Below are positions 23,867-36,313 of a stretch of DNA of 64,000 nt, piece after piece. Position numbers and translations under genes: made by a program. Every line of letters starts with the position of its first letter. Within the stretch, counting starts at the first letter, position 1. The DNA lies in assembly GCA_051530055.1 (NCBI GenBank), contig CM121342.1:13345480-13409479 (forward strand). Direction: 5' to 3'. Below the pieces are notes generated by a model, which worked only from the letters and a program-made list of their open reading frames with translations, did no database searches and was not told the DNA's origin. Source of the stretch: Neoechinorhynchus agilis (taxonomy: Eukaryota; Animalia; Acanthocephala).

Positions 23867-24481
23867 TTAATTCATAAAGTTCGAACACCACTCTGCCAAA
23901 CTTTGGGATGCATCGCTCGCGGACATTGGTTTGATACCAGCTATCCGCACAAGCCACTCCCTAAACATTTGTACATCTCGTCCAACTGCAAGAAAAACTC
24001 CAAGCAAGTAGATAGCTTTATCAAATCCCCTTTCACACAGTTTTTCCCCGTAAATAAATCCAATTCCAGGTACGCAGCTAACCGGTTTCTCGCCCAATGG
24101 CTCTCTCACAAACTCGCACATCTTGGGAGTAGCTAATGATCGCGACAGTCGTTTTTCTGACTTTGATTTTTGAGTTTTACTTTTTCGAATTTTAGGCTGC
24201 CCCACTCTACATACTCTCATAATATTCGGCTTCCGTTTACTTTCCGTTTTGCTGATCGCTTCTCGTTTTTGGGGTACATTTTTATTTTTACTTTTTGTGG
24301 TTGGTATCTTTGATCGCCGAAAGTTCTTGCGATATAACTCGATCTGCTTCGAACACCCAGTCCTATCCAAGCAATCGCAATCTCCACCTGCCACATTAGT
24401 CTTCTTGGTTCTCGTTGGTCTTGTCATGGGTAAATCTGGGAGGGAGAGATTAATGGAGTACGATGATGCTGCATAATACAT
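23867..24481 (-). CDS. Barrier-to-autointegration factor (BAF) domain protein with a long basic N-terminal extension
   Basis: C-terminal FVREPLGEKPVSCVPGIG...GFDKA..LLG.FL...F.EWL...L.EWC..F matches the BAF fold. Confidence 0.85.
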   Translation of the reverse strand: MYYAASSYSINLSLPDLPMTRPTRTKKTNVAGGDCDCLDRTGCSKQIELYRKNFRRSKIPTTKSKNKNVPQKREAISKTESKRKPNIMRVCRVGQPKIRKSKTQKSKSEKRLSRSLATPKMCEFVREPLGEKPVSCVPGIGFIYGEKLCERGFDKAIYLLGVFLAVGRDVQMFREWLVRIAGIKPMSASDASQSLAEWCSNFMN

Positions 24482-24867
24482 GTATTGAATTTTGTATACC
24501 TTCCTTTTGTCATGGTAACCAAATTATGAACTTTACGTGAACAAAAAATATTCCGTTAAAGACCTGAGGATACAGTTTTTGGTTAGTAATTTAGCATTCA
24601 GTCGTATTGGCTTCAATATGTTTCACTCTTTTTAAGTTGCAAATTTGAAAGTGAAAAATGTTCATTTTTAAGACTTCTATAGTTTTTGAATTTTTAAGGG
24701 AATCCGGTCATTCGTCGACAGTTAGATAATCATCGTCGTGAGTAAGCGGTTGCTCATAAACTAAGATGCAGCTATGAACTGAATCACAACGCTAACGGCG
24801 CTAGATGTTAATGAAACGTAAATCCTTTCACACTTCACTCGCACTTTTCGCTGAGCTTTAAAACAAA

Positions 24868-25585
24868 ATGGAAATCACAATATACTTCTTTGATTTGCCA
24901 GGCAAAGCAGATGTCCTGAAGATTATGCTCCATGCAGCAAAACAGCCGTATAGAAACACCTTCTTGTCACCATTGGAATTTATGAAAAACAAATCTGTAC
25001 TAACAATTCAAGATATTCCATATGTGGACATAGACGGTGAACTCCTTTACTCGATGCCGGCCATTGTCCGATTTCTAGCGAAAAAGCTTCATTTTACCGG
25101 GAAAAACGACATTGAAGCAGCGCTTTGTGATGCGGTTCTGTGCCAGATAATCGATACTGCTTCAAAAATTGCACCATTTATATTTGCACCTAGGGCTACA
25201 CGTGAAATGGCGATGGCTAACTTTCTAAAGGACACTATGCCGAGTTTAGTTGAAAACATCGATAAGATCGCAACTCGTTACGGAAAAAATGGCCATGTCA
25301 TTGGAAATTCTTTGACCTATGCAGATTTCGCTCTTTAACCGCTACACTTTCGAATATTTAAAAAATCAGCTTACTCGGATTCGAAAAAGTAGCTAATACA
25401 CACTTGTAACTAATTTGCAAAAGTTTTTTGGTGCGCAAGTCGAGGGGCTTAAGATAAAAGAAGAAAATAAAGCAATTATTGAAGGAATACCAGAATTGAA
25501 GCAATTCATAGCCAACTCACCGACGAGAAGGGAGCTTTTTGAGAAAATCAAAAAGATCACTGATCAAATGAATGTCAAGTTTTAA
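24868..25585 (+). CDS. Glutathione S-transferase (sigma-like), interrupted by one non-canonical insertion
   Basis: YFFDLPGKA, QDIPYVDIDG..LYSMPAIVRFLAKK..FTGKND.EAA..D, GHVIGNSLTYADFAL; coding resumes YTLVTNLQKFF..., stop 25583-25585. Confidence 0.85.
25336..25398 (+). other. TA-flanked hairpin insertion (61 nt), putative non-canonical intron in GST
   Basis: TA at 25336-25337 and 25397-25398; arms 25341-25355 and 25379-25393 pair 13/15; no GT/GC-AG solution preserves TYADFAL. Confidence 0.75.
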
Positions 25586-26834
25586 ACAACATCTCAATAG
25601 TTTATTAAGCCTTTCGCAATTTTATGTAGTTCACTTTAATCTCGCGTTATTGCGGATGTTTATTTACGCGTTAAGACGTTCAATGACTGTCATGAGAGGC
25701 TTTGATTTCCTTTTCGCATGCAGAAATGTTGTATTTTTAACAACCGCTTGAAAATAATTATTGGCCCATAACTTCATTTCATTCATTAGGTGTGAAAATA
25801 TGGATACTTTACAAAATACGATTCCAAATCAGTCTTTTAAGTGATACTAGTGTACCTATGTGGACGAGAAAGGCTAGAGAAGTTTTAAAAGACCATGTTC
25901 TATTAATAATCTACAAAGTACCGAACCCTCATTGACAAGGAGTTTCAGTGCTTAGCGAACTTATCTTATTTTTAAGTTCGTTTTAAGAAATATTAAATAT
26001 CACTTAGTGTACTTATATTAATGTTTAGACATACTGCATTTGGTTTCAGACTTTGCTAATAAGATCATTTGAATGTCGAATATTCATTAGAATGGTTTGT
26101 CTGATGACAGCACTATTATTTGCCGAGAAGCAATCAAACATTCGTATTCCCTTTCCAGTTCGTTATCCATTGTCTTCAGATCAATTTAAACCCATCATGT
26201 ATCTAAGTTGTCGCTATAATTTGATCATTTAATGATATAGTAGACACTAAAAATATATTGAATCCGGTCGAGTAGTTCCCTAACGTTTGTTAGACAAATT
26301 CAATTTGTCATGCTAAATTGTCAAGATCCGGTTATTTGTATCCGAAGATATTTATTTATAAACGAAATTTTAACTATTACACGACGCTCCACTTCACGAC
26401 ATTCACGAATTAAGTAAAACACATCATCCGTATGTGGCATTATAAAGTTACATACGGCTCGCGCTGTCGAACGCGATTTTTCATTACTTTCTTCTATGAT
26501 TCTGCTACTTGAAATTTTGATTCGAAGTGCAGACTCATTCACAACAACATCAGAAAAAAATGGCAAAGTTTCTTCAAGCAGATAGCAAAACGTACGCCTC
26601 CGTCGGGACTAGCATTTTTCTCGCACATATGAAAAGTCTACACTTCCTAGTGGCTACCATCACAACCGTCTCTTTCACATAGACTTCATTTCTTGTCAAG
26701 TAATAGAGGAAGACTTTCAAACATAGAGGTGAGAAACAACTAAATTTTATAACCCTCATACTCCTCTCTTAACAACGACCACCTACATTTAATATAAATA
26801 GTGCATTTCGCTGTGTCCAAAAAAACGAGGTAAA

Positions 26835-27155
26835 ATGTCTATGCTTATCTATTTCGTTACCGTTCTCTTGCTCTCCAATCAAATTGCCCTCGGGCATAAT
26901 GGTACGCAATGCAGGGAAGTCAACAGACTGTTCAATTGGATCGTTGTCCGTGATAATGGTACACGTCCTTGCGAAAAAGAAGATGATCATTGTTTGAACG
27001 TCAAATACGCCGGTGGTATTTTTGCAAAGCAAAAGATCCACGAGTATACTGACTTGACCACGTACATTGCGACGTACTGGAATGGATATAAGCTAAAAGG
27101 CATTATTTCCAAGACAACACTGTATGAGGAGGTTGAAAACTCTGCTTCAACTTGA
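26835..27155 (+). CDS. Small putative secreted Cys-containing protein of unknown family
   Basis: 106-aa ORF with a hydrophobic N-terminus and three Cys. Confidence 0.4.
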   Translation: MSMLIYFVTVLLLSNQIALGHNGTQCREVNRLFNWIVVRDNGTRPCEKEDDHCLNVKYAGGIFAKQKIHEYTDLTTYIATYWNGYKLKGIISKTTLYEEVENSAST

Positions 27156-28939
27156 TTCAAAGAAAATTGAAATTTTAATTGTGATTGTGAAAAACCATTA
27201 ACTGGCTACAATTAGATGTTCAAACAAATCCAGCTTTAACCTTGGGTCACGTTCTTTAAGTAAAGAAAAATAAAGGATCTGCCGCCTAGATTTTTCGCAA
27301 ATAATGCAGTCCGAAAGTATTTTATTCCCACAATAAAATAGGCGTTCATTGTAAGTTGCATTTCAATTGAAGTACATGATCAGAAGCAATTTGAATTCAG
27401 GTGTGTTGTCTAACCTAAAAATCTTAGAATAGCATCATTATTCAAATGACGAATTTCGGTACAAATGAGTCACTGTGAACTTTGACCCGGAATTACATAG
27501 CCCTGACATATTCTTAAAACCGTTCTTAGAAAGACTGTAACCCAAAAGGACTCGATTCAAAGACGGGTTTACTTTCCCTCTTGGTTTCATTGAGCAAGTG
27601 ATAATTACCTTTCTATTCTTAGTTATTTTAGAGGTTTGAAGATATAGCATGTGATTGATTGAGATGCTAACGAATATGAGTTCCGCAACAAGTTTCCGTA
27701 GCCATACCTTCATATAACTGTCATATCACTTTTGCCTTGAGGGCAACTAGATTGCGATTCGCCAAACGCAAATTCAGTGATAGCGACCGCACAAGCCAAT
27801 TTAAATAAAGATTCAATAAACCGAGTTCAAATACTTGGAATACAATCTCCATCGTGAGACGCAATAATATATCGTCATTTCCAAACTTCTAGATCAGATT
27901 TTGATTGGATTCATTTTCAATGCAATACGTCCGTTTTGCTTTGAAAAAACGTATTGTTTTTATATGGCGTAAAACTTAAAAGAATTTATTGATTCCGATA
28001 TTTCCCAAGGTCGTAAGATTGTGCCTCCGAAACATCGGAATCAATAAATTCTTTTAATTTTTCTACCACAAACAAACATGAATTGTTCGATCCTCGAAAA
28101 AAGTATTACTTAAACAACTCACAAAAAGCAGTAGCTCATCTCCCTCACTCGCGTAGTCGATCCATATCAGTCTCATGTGTAGTTCTCGCTTCATCATCCG
28201 TCATGCTATGTCTTCATCGCCCCGCAGTGCGGCACTGTGATACGGACGAGAGTAATGGTGGAGGAAGCAGTACTGCTGCTTCACCGCCGCCATCACACAT
28301 CAATGCTTCAGTCAGCAATTGTTATACTGCAAACGGCGCTCTCTAATGAATAGCAGACGGACATCGCTTGGATCTAACGCCTACATCGAGCAGGTCGATC
28401 ACATTGATCCATTCGGTTCGTATAAAAACTGAGTTTTCAATCAAAGGGCAGATACGTTTGTGTTATGGTTTAGTGGATTGTCATTCTGTATAAATCGCAT
28501 GAAAGCTTCGATAATGATTTTAGAATGCTTGTTAGAACCACGAAATTAAGAAATGGCAGTTTGGACGCCACTCCTTGATTGAAATTTTCTACAACCAACT
28601 ACATAAGGTTTATTAAATAACATAAAAAAAATTGCCCGATTAACGTCGATAATTAGTGAATTTAATTTAAAAAACTAAGACTCATTAGTTCACCTTGTGA
28701 GCACTCTCCTGTAATAACTCATTATTTAAGTGAACTATTTGTGGTTGTTCATTGAAGCGTAATTTGAGATCATCAAACTTTTGGTGTGGATTGTAGTAAT
28801 CATAGTTAAACAAAAAATTACACTCCTTTTAAGAAATATATTTGGCCATCAAAAACTGGCTTTAGCGTTTTGGCTTAAAAAACCAATTGTCAACTGATCG
28901 TCGTTACGATAGTGACAAACAAATTAAACTGATCTAAAT

Positions 28940-29444
28940 ATTATCACCATTATCCGTATACCTTTCTGGTACTGTGTTAAGGTAACTTTGCCTCCTGTCT
29001 TTAGTTTCTATTGACGAGACTGACTCAACTGTCAGGATATGCCTTGTAATAGAAAATCTAGTAGTTAAACGGACAATACGATCGCTCTTCCACCGTACGC
29101 CATCGAACGCCAAAGTAAATCAACTTTTATTCGAGTCTCGTTCATTCAATTTTGAAATGGAGATCAATATCAAGGATAGGCCAATTACCAAAAGCTATGT
29201 TCATTATAAACAGAAGCAATTACCTGGTTCAATCGATCCTAAAAAGTGTTCCGTTTCGTTTAGAACAAATATGGTTTGCATTAAACTTAGAAAAGTTAAG
29301 CCGTACAGTTCTTGGGCCCCACATTTTCTCTCCCGGCTGTCAGATGGTGAACTCATGGATTCCATGGACGATATGATCCCAACAGCACCACCTCCAGATT
29401 ATCATACAGCCATGTTTGAGAAAGATCCTAAAAAAAGCGACTAG
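28940..29444 (+). CDS. CS (p23/HSP20-like) domain protein, CACYBP-like; 5' exons uncertain
   Basis: SIDETDSTVRICLVI...FESRSF...LPGSIDPKKCSVSFRTNMVCIKLRK....W; open frame from an acceptor at about 29004. Confidence 0.6.
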
Positions 29445-30227
29445 TTTAATCTGATAAATTAATTTTCTCGCTGAATGCAGTCATTGGAGAGCTCCCTAAA
29501 TTCAGATAAAGACGATTACAGTCTTTGATGCCGTCAAAATAATGGGTTTTTGTCCATTGCTGTTGTTCTTTATTGGAAATTGTCGATGTGATCGCTTTTG
29601 ACTACATGCTACTTCGAATCAACATAGCAACACTATGTTTATGAATGCCTGCTTTCGAATTTAACGAATAACTAAGTACTTCCGACTGATCGTGATTGGT
29701 ATTAGATTTTCTTTGAAAGCTAGAAACACGCACAAACTTCAAGAAATTCAAACTAAGCTGCGCCAGTAAGTGTTCCAATTAGCCTTTAATTGCTTTGCCC
29801 TACGGCATTTTTTCGCGGAAAAAAATCAGAAACGGGCCGAATAGCTCCCTTTCATTAGCCAGGTTTCAGATTACCGTGACGGAAAAACTCCATTCGGAAC
29901 TTCCTTATTCATTACCAGATTCCAAAATAAGCAATAAGAAAGTTTAGCTAACAGCTAAAAGGTTTATGATTATTGATCTGATGATTTGGTGACCGAGAAC
30001 AATGGTTCGGTGGCAGAAATATTAACTCGATATTTGCTGGAGATCTATGATGGCAAAGCAATCTAAATTTTCACTCGACAAATTTGAATGTGAACAAAAT
30101 TAAAATTATTCGTTCGTCTTTGTTTAAGGAAGCTCCATGATAGCGATATTTACAAAGTTCGTTGCTCCCAGCAAGGAATGTTTGGCAAATGTGTCAAAAA
30201 TTATTTAATCGATAAATCCACAAACGT

Positions 30228-31489
30228 TTATACATTTGATTTTTGCTTCTGATCCACAACTTTTTCTGATTTCAAGTCGTCGTGTTTTTCCTCCACATTA
30301 ACGGTATTGTGTTCATTTCTCCGTTTTCCCAAATACTTACAAATGCTCTTGGCATTCAAATAAATCAATATACTAACGGCAACAAGCATCATACCGATCC
30401 CGAATTGGACGGAAAGCTTTGTGTCGAGGAACAAGACTCCAAAGATGGTTGACAAAATAATAGCAGATGCATTGGAGAATCCTTTGATGATATTATCATG
30501 AGTTTTTATTACAACTGCCACCAAGAGACCTCCAAGAGATTGAATGAGAACAACAATCCACGTAAGCCATCGGTACCCTCCCGCGATTCCATTTGCCCTT
30601 ATAAATTGCCAATCATTGACAGCCATAGTGATACCAGCGACGATCGAACCATAGAAAGCAAATTGGACGTTTCTAGCCCATGTACCAATAAATGATTTTT
30701 TAAGTAATTTTTCACTGTATACTCCAGTGAATCCCGACACGACACACGCCCCGGCGACAGCCATGAATCCGACCACTGGGTTATTGTTTAGAGTTGAATG
30801 CCTTGAGGCAAGATTAGCCGTTTGAACTACAACGATTCCGGCAAATAATACAGCCAACATATTCGATTCGGATTCTGTGTGGTTGGGAATGAAAAGGCGT
30901 TGAGTTATTCAAGAGCATAGAACCCGACTCCGATAAGCCACTGAAGCACATTAAGTCGCTTTTTCAGCATTAGACGAAGGCATAAGGCCGTTGTAAATAT
31001 CTTTAGTTGATAGGATACCTGAAAAGTAGCGGCATCCAAGTTACTGATGGAGACAAGAAGAAGGTTGTTCTGGACACAATATAGAATCGATGGGATTATA
31101 GATTTCGATGACTCTTTTGTGAAAAGATTTAGTTCCTTTTTGCTTTTTTCTTTAAGCCTATTCCATGACTTGGATTCGATTACAAACAAGATAAGCGATA
31201 GGATAATTTTGATTAATTCAGTTGTAAATACTAAAGACGTGTTAACGAACCAGTAGCTGTCTCTGTTGAGTTTCATGTACCTCACAATGAGACTGGATGC
31301 TGAATTTTGCAATACAAGAAGTAGTGGAGTCGTGATGAACCATAATCGCTGGAGAAAGGTTTTGGAAGATGGCGACGGAGGTGTGGTGCTGTTGACAATC
31401 AAAACATCTTGCTGTTCGGCGTTTCCGTTTTCGTTTAGTTCACTTGCTAGATTTCCTGAATCCGGCGGAATTTCTTTACGTGATGACAT
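30228..31489 (-). CDS. SLC35A-family nucleotide-sugar (UDP-Gal/UDP-GlcNAc) transporter
   Basis: LLLVLQNS, VFTTELIK, IPSILYCVQNNL, LDAATFQVSYQLKIFTTA, SGFTGVYSEKLLK, GGLLVAVVIK..DNIIKGF. Confidence 0.92.
30860..30935 (-). other. TA-flanked hairpin insertion (74 nt), putative non-canonical intron in SLC35A
   Basis: TA at 30860-30861 and 30934-30935; 9-bp core stem plus outer pairs; removal gives LQWLMLAVLFAG. Confidence 0.75.
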
Positions 31490-31572
31490 AGGAAACACCT
31501 CTAAAAAAATTTTTGGAGGAAAAACGTAAGTGTAATTCCGGAGTTCTAATAAATCCGCAAAAGGAGGTATTC

Positions 31573-32600
31573 TTAGCAGTGTGCGAGTGTAGTTGTTTGA
31601 ACGGAAGGCGTATTACGCGCTTTGTTTGCATCTTTTATCGCCACAAAGAAGGGCTGAGTTGGTGTTCGCTTAGCATGAGAATACTGTCGACTTTGATACG
31701 TCACAAGATTAGGATTGAACGAAAGGTAGTGATCGCTGACAAGTGGATTATGATGAACATACTGCCTTTTCATGGGCTCATCGGCAACAAATCATCTACC
31801 TGCTAACATAAATTTATGCAGGTCGACCTGGCGATCACAAAAAAACTAGCGCCAGCGCAGAATTCGATTTACGTTCAGTAATTGTGGATTGCAGCATTAT
31901 GAATGTTCAGTTTTTAACCTGTTCTTGCTTTTTTCTTTTGAAAATGCATGCCAAACCCGCGAAATTTAACATACAGCGAAGTATTTTCCATAAAGAATCT
32001 GAATTTAAGTTGATAAAAATGTATTTAATCATTCGCGACCTGTAGAGCCGAGAATTATCGCTACTTCGAAAATCTATGGAGATCACGTTACTAAAATCAG
32101 AACGAAAAAACTCCGGTATTGAAACAAACCTCATAATAAAGATACAAGCAAAAATTAAAATAAAATGTCTATGAGGGATGAAAATGTGCTAAATTTAATC
32201 GTACACGATAGGGCTGTGAGAGAATTGGCTCTTTTAGGAGGACTTGTTTTTAAATGAAATAGCGTTTAATTTGCACCGGTGCGAATTCGACGATCGGAGT
32301 TTATTCTGCTTACTAAAAAAGGGTGGATACCAATAAACAGGGAGATAATTTTGAGTGTACATATTAAGGAACTTAAAGAATTGAATTTTTACGCCGAAGG
32401 CGTTGTGCCGTCGTCTGTGCGGTGGACCTATATAATCAGATATTCGAAAAATGACCTCATAGCTGTATTTTCCGTTGCATACGCGTTTCAATAAAAGTTC
32501 GGGAAACTGTATAGATTTAGATATTGCTTCAGGTTTTAGTGGACAAAAATCAAAACGGGTTATGAACTGCTTTTGTTATAAACTCACGGAAATTGAGGTA
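31573..32600 (-). CDS. Hypothetical multi-exon gene whose 5' end abuts the Penelope fragment
   Basis: Chain of same-strand open frames (32234-32491, 31907-32134, 31573-31773) with candidate GT-AG introns; no recognised homology. Confidence 0.35.
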
Positions 32601-33120
32601 ATGTATATATTCAATCCGATATTACAACACAATCGCGTGCCTTTATCAAGGGCAAAACTCAACAAGTAGGGGATGGTAATTAAGACTGCGCTTAGATTTA
32701 GTTTCAAATCTGACTTATTCTCGTCCACTGTCACAATCAAGTCCATGAATAATCCACTATAACGCGATTCAATTTGGACTTACTTTTCACTAAAATGGTT
32801 TCGTTTTCGATGTCCATGAAGTTGCTTTGTTGTGTAAAATGCTTGAGCATGGCAGAACTGGCATCAGTACCCCTCCCCAGAGCATATTTGTGTTCTTTTG
32901 TTCTTCTTTTCCAAATTGTTTGTTTGACTTACATAGGAATTACTACATCCGATGCACGCAGTTCTGTAAACAACAACTTTGCTTTCATATTCATCTCGTT
33001 TTTTTCACCATGGGGCCTGATGGTTTAGCATTCTCATTGTGGATACAACAATCTATGTCATGGGGAGCAGCTCCATTAATCAGATTGTTAATTGTAGTGA
33101 ATAACTCGTCAACGATTTAG
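32600..33120 (-). mobile_element. Inverted copy of a Penelope-like element 3' end (GIY-YIG region)
   Basis: Reverse complement of about 38620-39125. Confidence 0.75.
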
Positions 33121-33149
33121 TGATCTAAGGGTTCACTTTTAACCATTCG

Positions 33150-34130
33150 GCAAAGGCAGCAAATATAGTATATTTAGCTGCAATGGTATCAAATCGATCA
33201 ACTTACACTGGCAGGTCTTTCAAAGCATCGAGTCTCTAACATTTTAAGCTTACAAATTCTCCATTGCGTATCGCAGCAAAACAGCTAGGAAGTACACAGC
33301 ATCATCTGGTGTAGATTTCCTAAGAAGATTGAAGGCGCACGGGAATACAGAATATAGAATGATCTCTGCTGATGTCAAGTCTCTATTAACAAGAGTGCCA
33401 TTGGACTCAGCGATCAACCTTGCGATTCCAATACTTCACCGTGATTTAAAAGAATGTAATTTAACAAACCCCAAAGGAAGGAACTCTTACAAATGTGCAT
33501 GAGGATCCGAAGATAACACAAATGTCAAAAGGTTAAATGAATTGTTGGATTCGAGATACAGTAACATCAAATTGGCTGTAACAGCAAAAGAGAGTGAGAG
33601 GGGTTCTATCAAATTTCTGGATGTTACTGTTAGTCGTCGCACCCAAATATATAGAGATACAATTTGTGGGTAATGAAATTCAATCGAGTCTTAGACGGGA
33701 TTTGCGTTACCTGTACAAGACGATCGATGCGTACAATATAAAGAGTGGGAATCTTGGTGGCATCCCTAAATCAGCCAAAATATGAGCTGCATGAAGTTGT
33801 ATATGAGGTCCACTACAAGGCCTACCCAACCAAATATGTGCGACAGTCAAAACAGGGACTCAGCAAAAATATGTATGTATATGTAGTAAAAAGATCTCAC
33901 ATCACAAATATGCATACATGCGCAATGACTCTTCCTCAGCCATATCTAATCATGCGGTGAATTGCGGACATCAAATTGATTCTGATTTAGCGAATGTGTG
34001 ACTAGCGTGCAGCCATATTTACGGAATTGGTTGATAATGGAAGCCATCGAAATAGGCTGCTCAGTTCAACCGATGGAAAGTAACAAAACAAACATATCAG
34101 TTTAAAAATGTCCTTGAAATGGCAGTGATG
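33150..34130 (+). mobile_element. Decayed Penelope-like element (RT and GIY-YIG remnants)
   Basis: DVKSLLTRVP RT motif, KFLDV, VVYEVH...Y..QSK remnant; many stops and frameshifts. Confidence 0.7.
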
Positions 34131-34990
34131 TCCTAACTCAGAGGTTCTAGTGGCTGATGAAAAGTTTGCCCGATGATTGCCAATCCACAGGATAAGGCTA
34201 TAATGTTCGTGTTTTAGATGGCAAAGCTTGGGGAAAAGTCGGAATTATCCGATGTGAAATATCGGAAATAAATTAGTGATCCGGGGTGGCAAAACTATCA
34301 AAAGAAATAAATTTCTTATCTTCAAACTGTTATGGATTATTGTCGAAAGAATATCACTATGGCATAGATTCCTGATAATGCTACAGAAGACAGGACATCC
34401 GAAAAAGATCAATGGTTGGTGGGCTTGATGGTCGCTAGAATAAGATTACGCTGCAAAACGATCGCGGGATGAGCCAAGCGTCAATTGTGGACAGCTAATG
34501 TATTAATTAATCGCAATGGGCGTAATGAATGCTATTGAGATTCGCCAGGTTCGGACGATAATAGGTCAGCGAGCAGCAATAATTCTGACAAATCCTCTTC
34601 GTTTTGAGACGTTGCCTTGATTGGCTCTTAAAAGCATGCTAAGCTGTATCACTTTAAAATTCGCAAACGAAATAATCTCGGATCTCTTCTAAATACTTAG
34701 ATTGAACAAATTTAAATGTATCGATTTAAATACGGAAAACTAACATATGCGCCATTTACATGAGACTTATTAAAAAGAGTCCTACTCGATGACTTCGCAA
34801 ACATTTATTTGCGATGGATTTCATGCATTTTTTGTTTGCTTTGTTTCCGTGAAAATTTTGATTTGCGCAAAAATATTTGTCAACAATCAGCAGCATTCAT
34901 CGGTCGAAAAAACACTCCCGAAAACGGGTAAAGTGGATAAAAACGCAACGTCTGGCTAACCGTAAACGTTCACCTTCCTCATTTTAAGAC

Positions 34991-36313
34991 ATGAGATCTC
35001 TATGCAGGTTGGATCATACGACCATTCCCCTCTGGCTTGTGTTTACCATTACGTGGCTCTCCTATGCCAGTACATACCTTCTCCGGAAACCCATTGGAGT
35101 TCTTAAATCACCATACGGGTCGTCAATACAACTAAGTAACACTCAATTGGGTCTTCTCGATCTCTCACTCCTCCTGCCTTACGCACTGGTTCAAATGCTC
35201 TTTGGCCAACTGACAGACAAAATCGGCCCACGAATCACCTTGAGCGTGGCACTCTTGGGAGCTGGACTCTCACTTCTCTTCTTTAAATTCAATCAATCTT
35301 ACTCAGTCTTCCTGCTAATGCTCCTCCTAAGCGGCAGTTTCCAATCTTTCTGTTGGTCAGCTTGCAACACCGGAATCAGTCAATGGGAAACCGATAAACG
35401 AAAACGGCATGATCTTCTCGGATATTTTGGAACAAGTCCATTTGCTGGAGGAGTCGCTGGGACCCTATTCGCCGTTTTTATCCTCAAGCACTTTGGCTGG
35501 CAGAACGTCTTCTTTTGGCCTTCTTTGATTACAATCACCTTCTCAGTTCTCACTTACTTTCTCTTTCTTTATCCTAAGATTATTGATTGTTCTTTAAACT
35601 ATGGGCCACTATTCCTTTGTTAGAGTAATCAATATAATCCATCTTCGCCACTCACTCTGTCTCATGGAACCAGATCTTCTCAGCACGTATTTAAAACGCC
35701 TGGGGCCATTTCGACAGCAATGGCTGTATTTTGTCTCAAAGTAGTTCGATACGGCCTTTATTTTTGGCTTCCTCTGCAACTTGAACGCGAGCTAGGATAC
35801 TCCAACACTCAGGCGTCAAACTACTCAGTTTTGTTCGATGTCGGAGCTGCCATCGGATGTCTCATCGCCGGAAAAGTATTAGCTGTCCTTTTTAAAAGCA
35901 ATGCTCTTATCGGTTCCGCCGTTCAATCTGTTCTGTCTGCCGCCGCGCTTGTCCTATTCATCCTTTTATCACGATTTGGCCCCGTTGCAGTCTGCGTTTG
36001 TATAGCTCTTGTTGGGGCGCTAAACGGTGCCCCGGATGTCATTTTGTGTGGAATTGTTCCTGCTGATTTGGTCAACAGCGATAAAGTAGCCGCAATGATC
36101 GGATTCGTTAATGGACTCGGAAGTTTTGGAGGAATGATCGAAGGACCATTGATTGGACTTGTTGCTGATAAATATGGGTGGACAGGAGTGTCATTATCAA
36201 TGATTGGATTCAGCGTCTTGGCCGGATTGTTTTGTTTCCTCGCTCATTATTCTCATCAGAGGAAGCGCGAAATCGAAGATGCAAATGAAGAACTCGAAAA
36301 CATTTCCGTCTAG
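34991..36313 (+). CDS. MFS sugar-phosphate antiporter (SLC37/GlpT-like), copy 1
   Basis: YASTYLLRKP, GQLTDKIGPR, KVVRYGLYFWLP, FDVGAAIG, GFVNGLGSFG; two in-frame halves separated by a TAG inside a hairpin insertion. Confidence 0.88.
35581..35636 (+). other. TA-flanked hairpin insertion (54 nt) containing an in-frame TAG, MFS copy 1
   Basis: 13-bp stem 35581-35593 / 35622-35634; TA at 35581-35582 and 35635-35636. Confidence 0.65.

Noticed and set aside
29157-29444. PIH1D3/DNAAF6 assignment for the CS-like ORF
   Set aside because: Only the generic CS fold pattern is visible; the PIH1D3-specific upstream motifs were not found.
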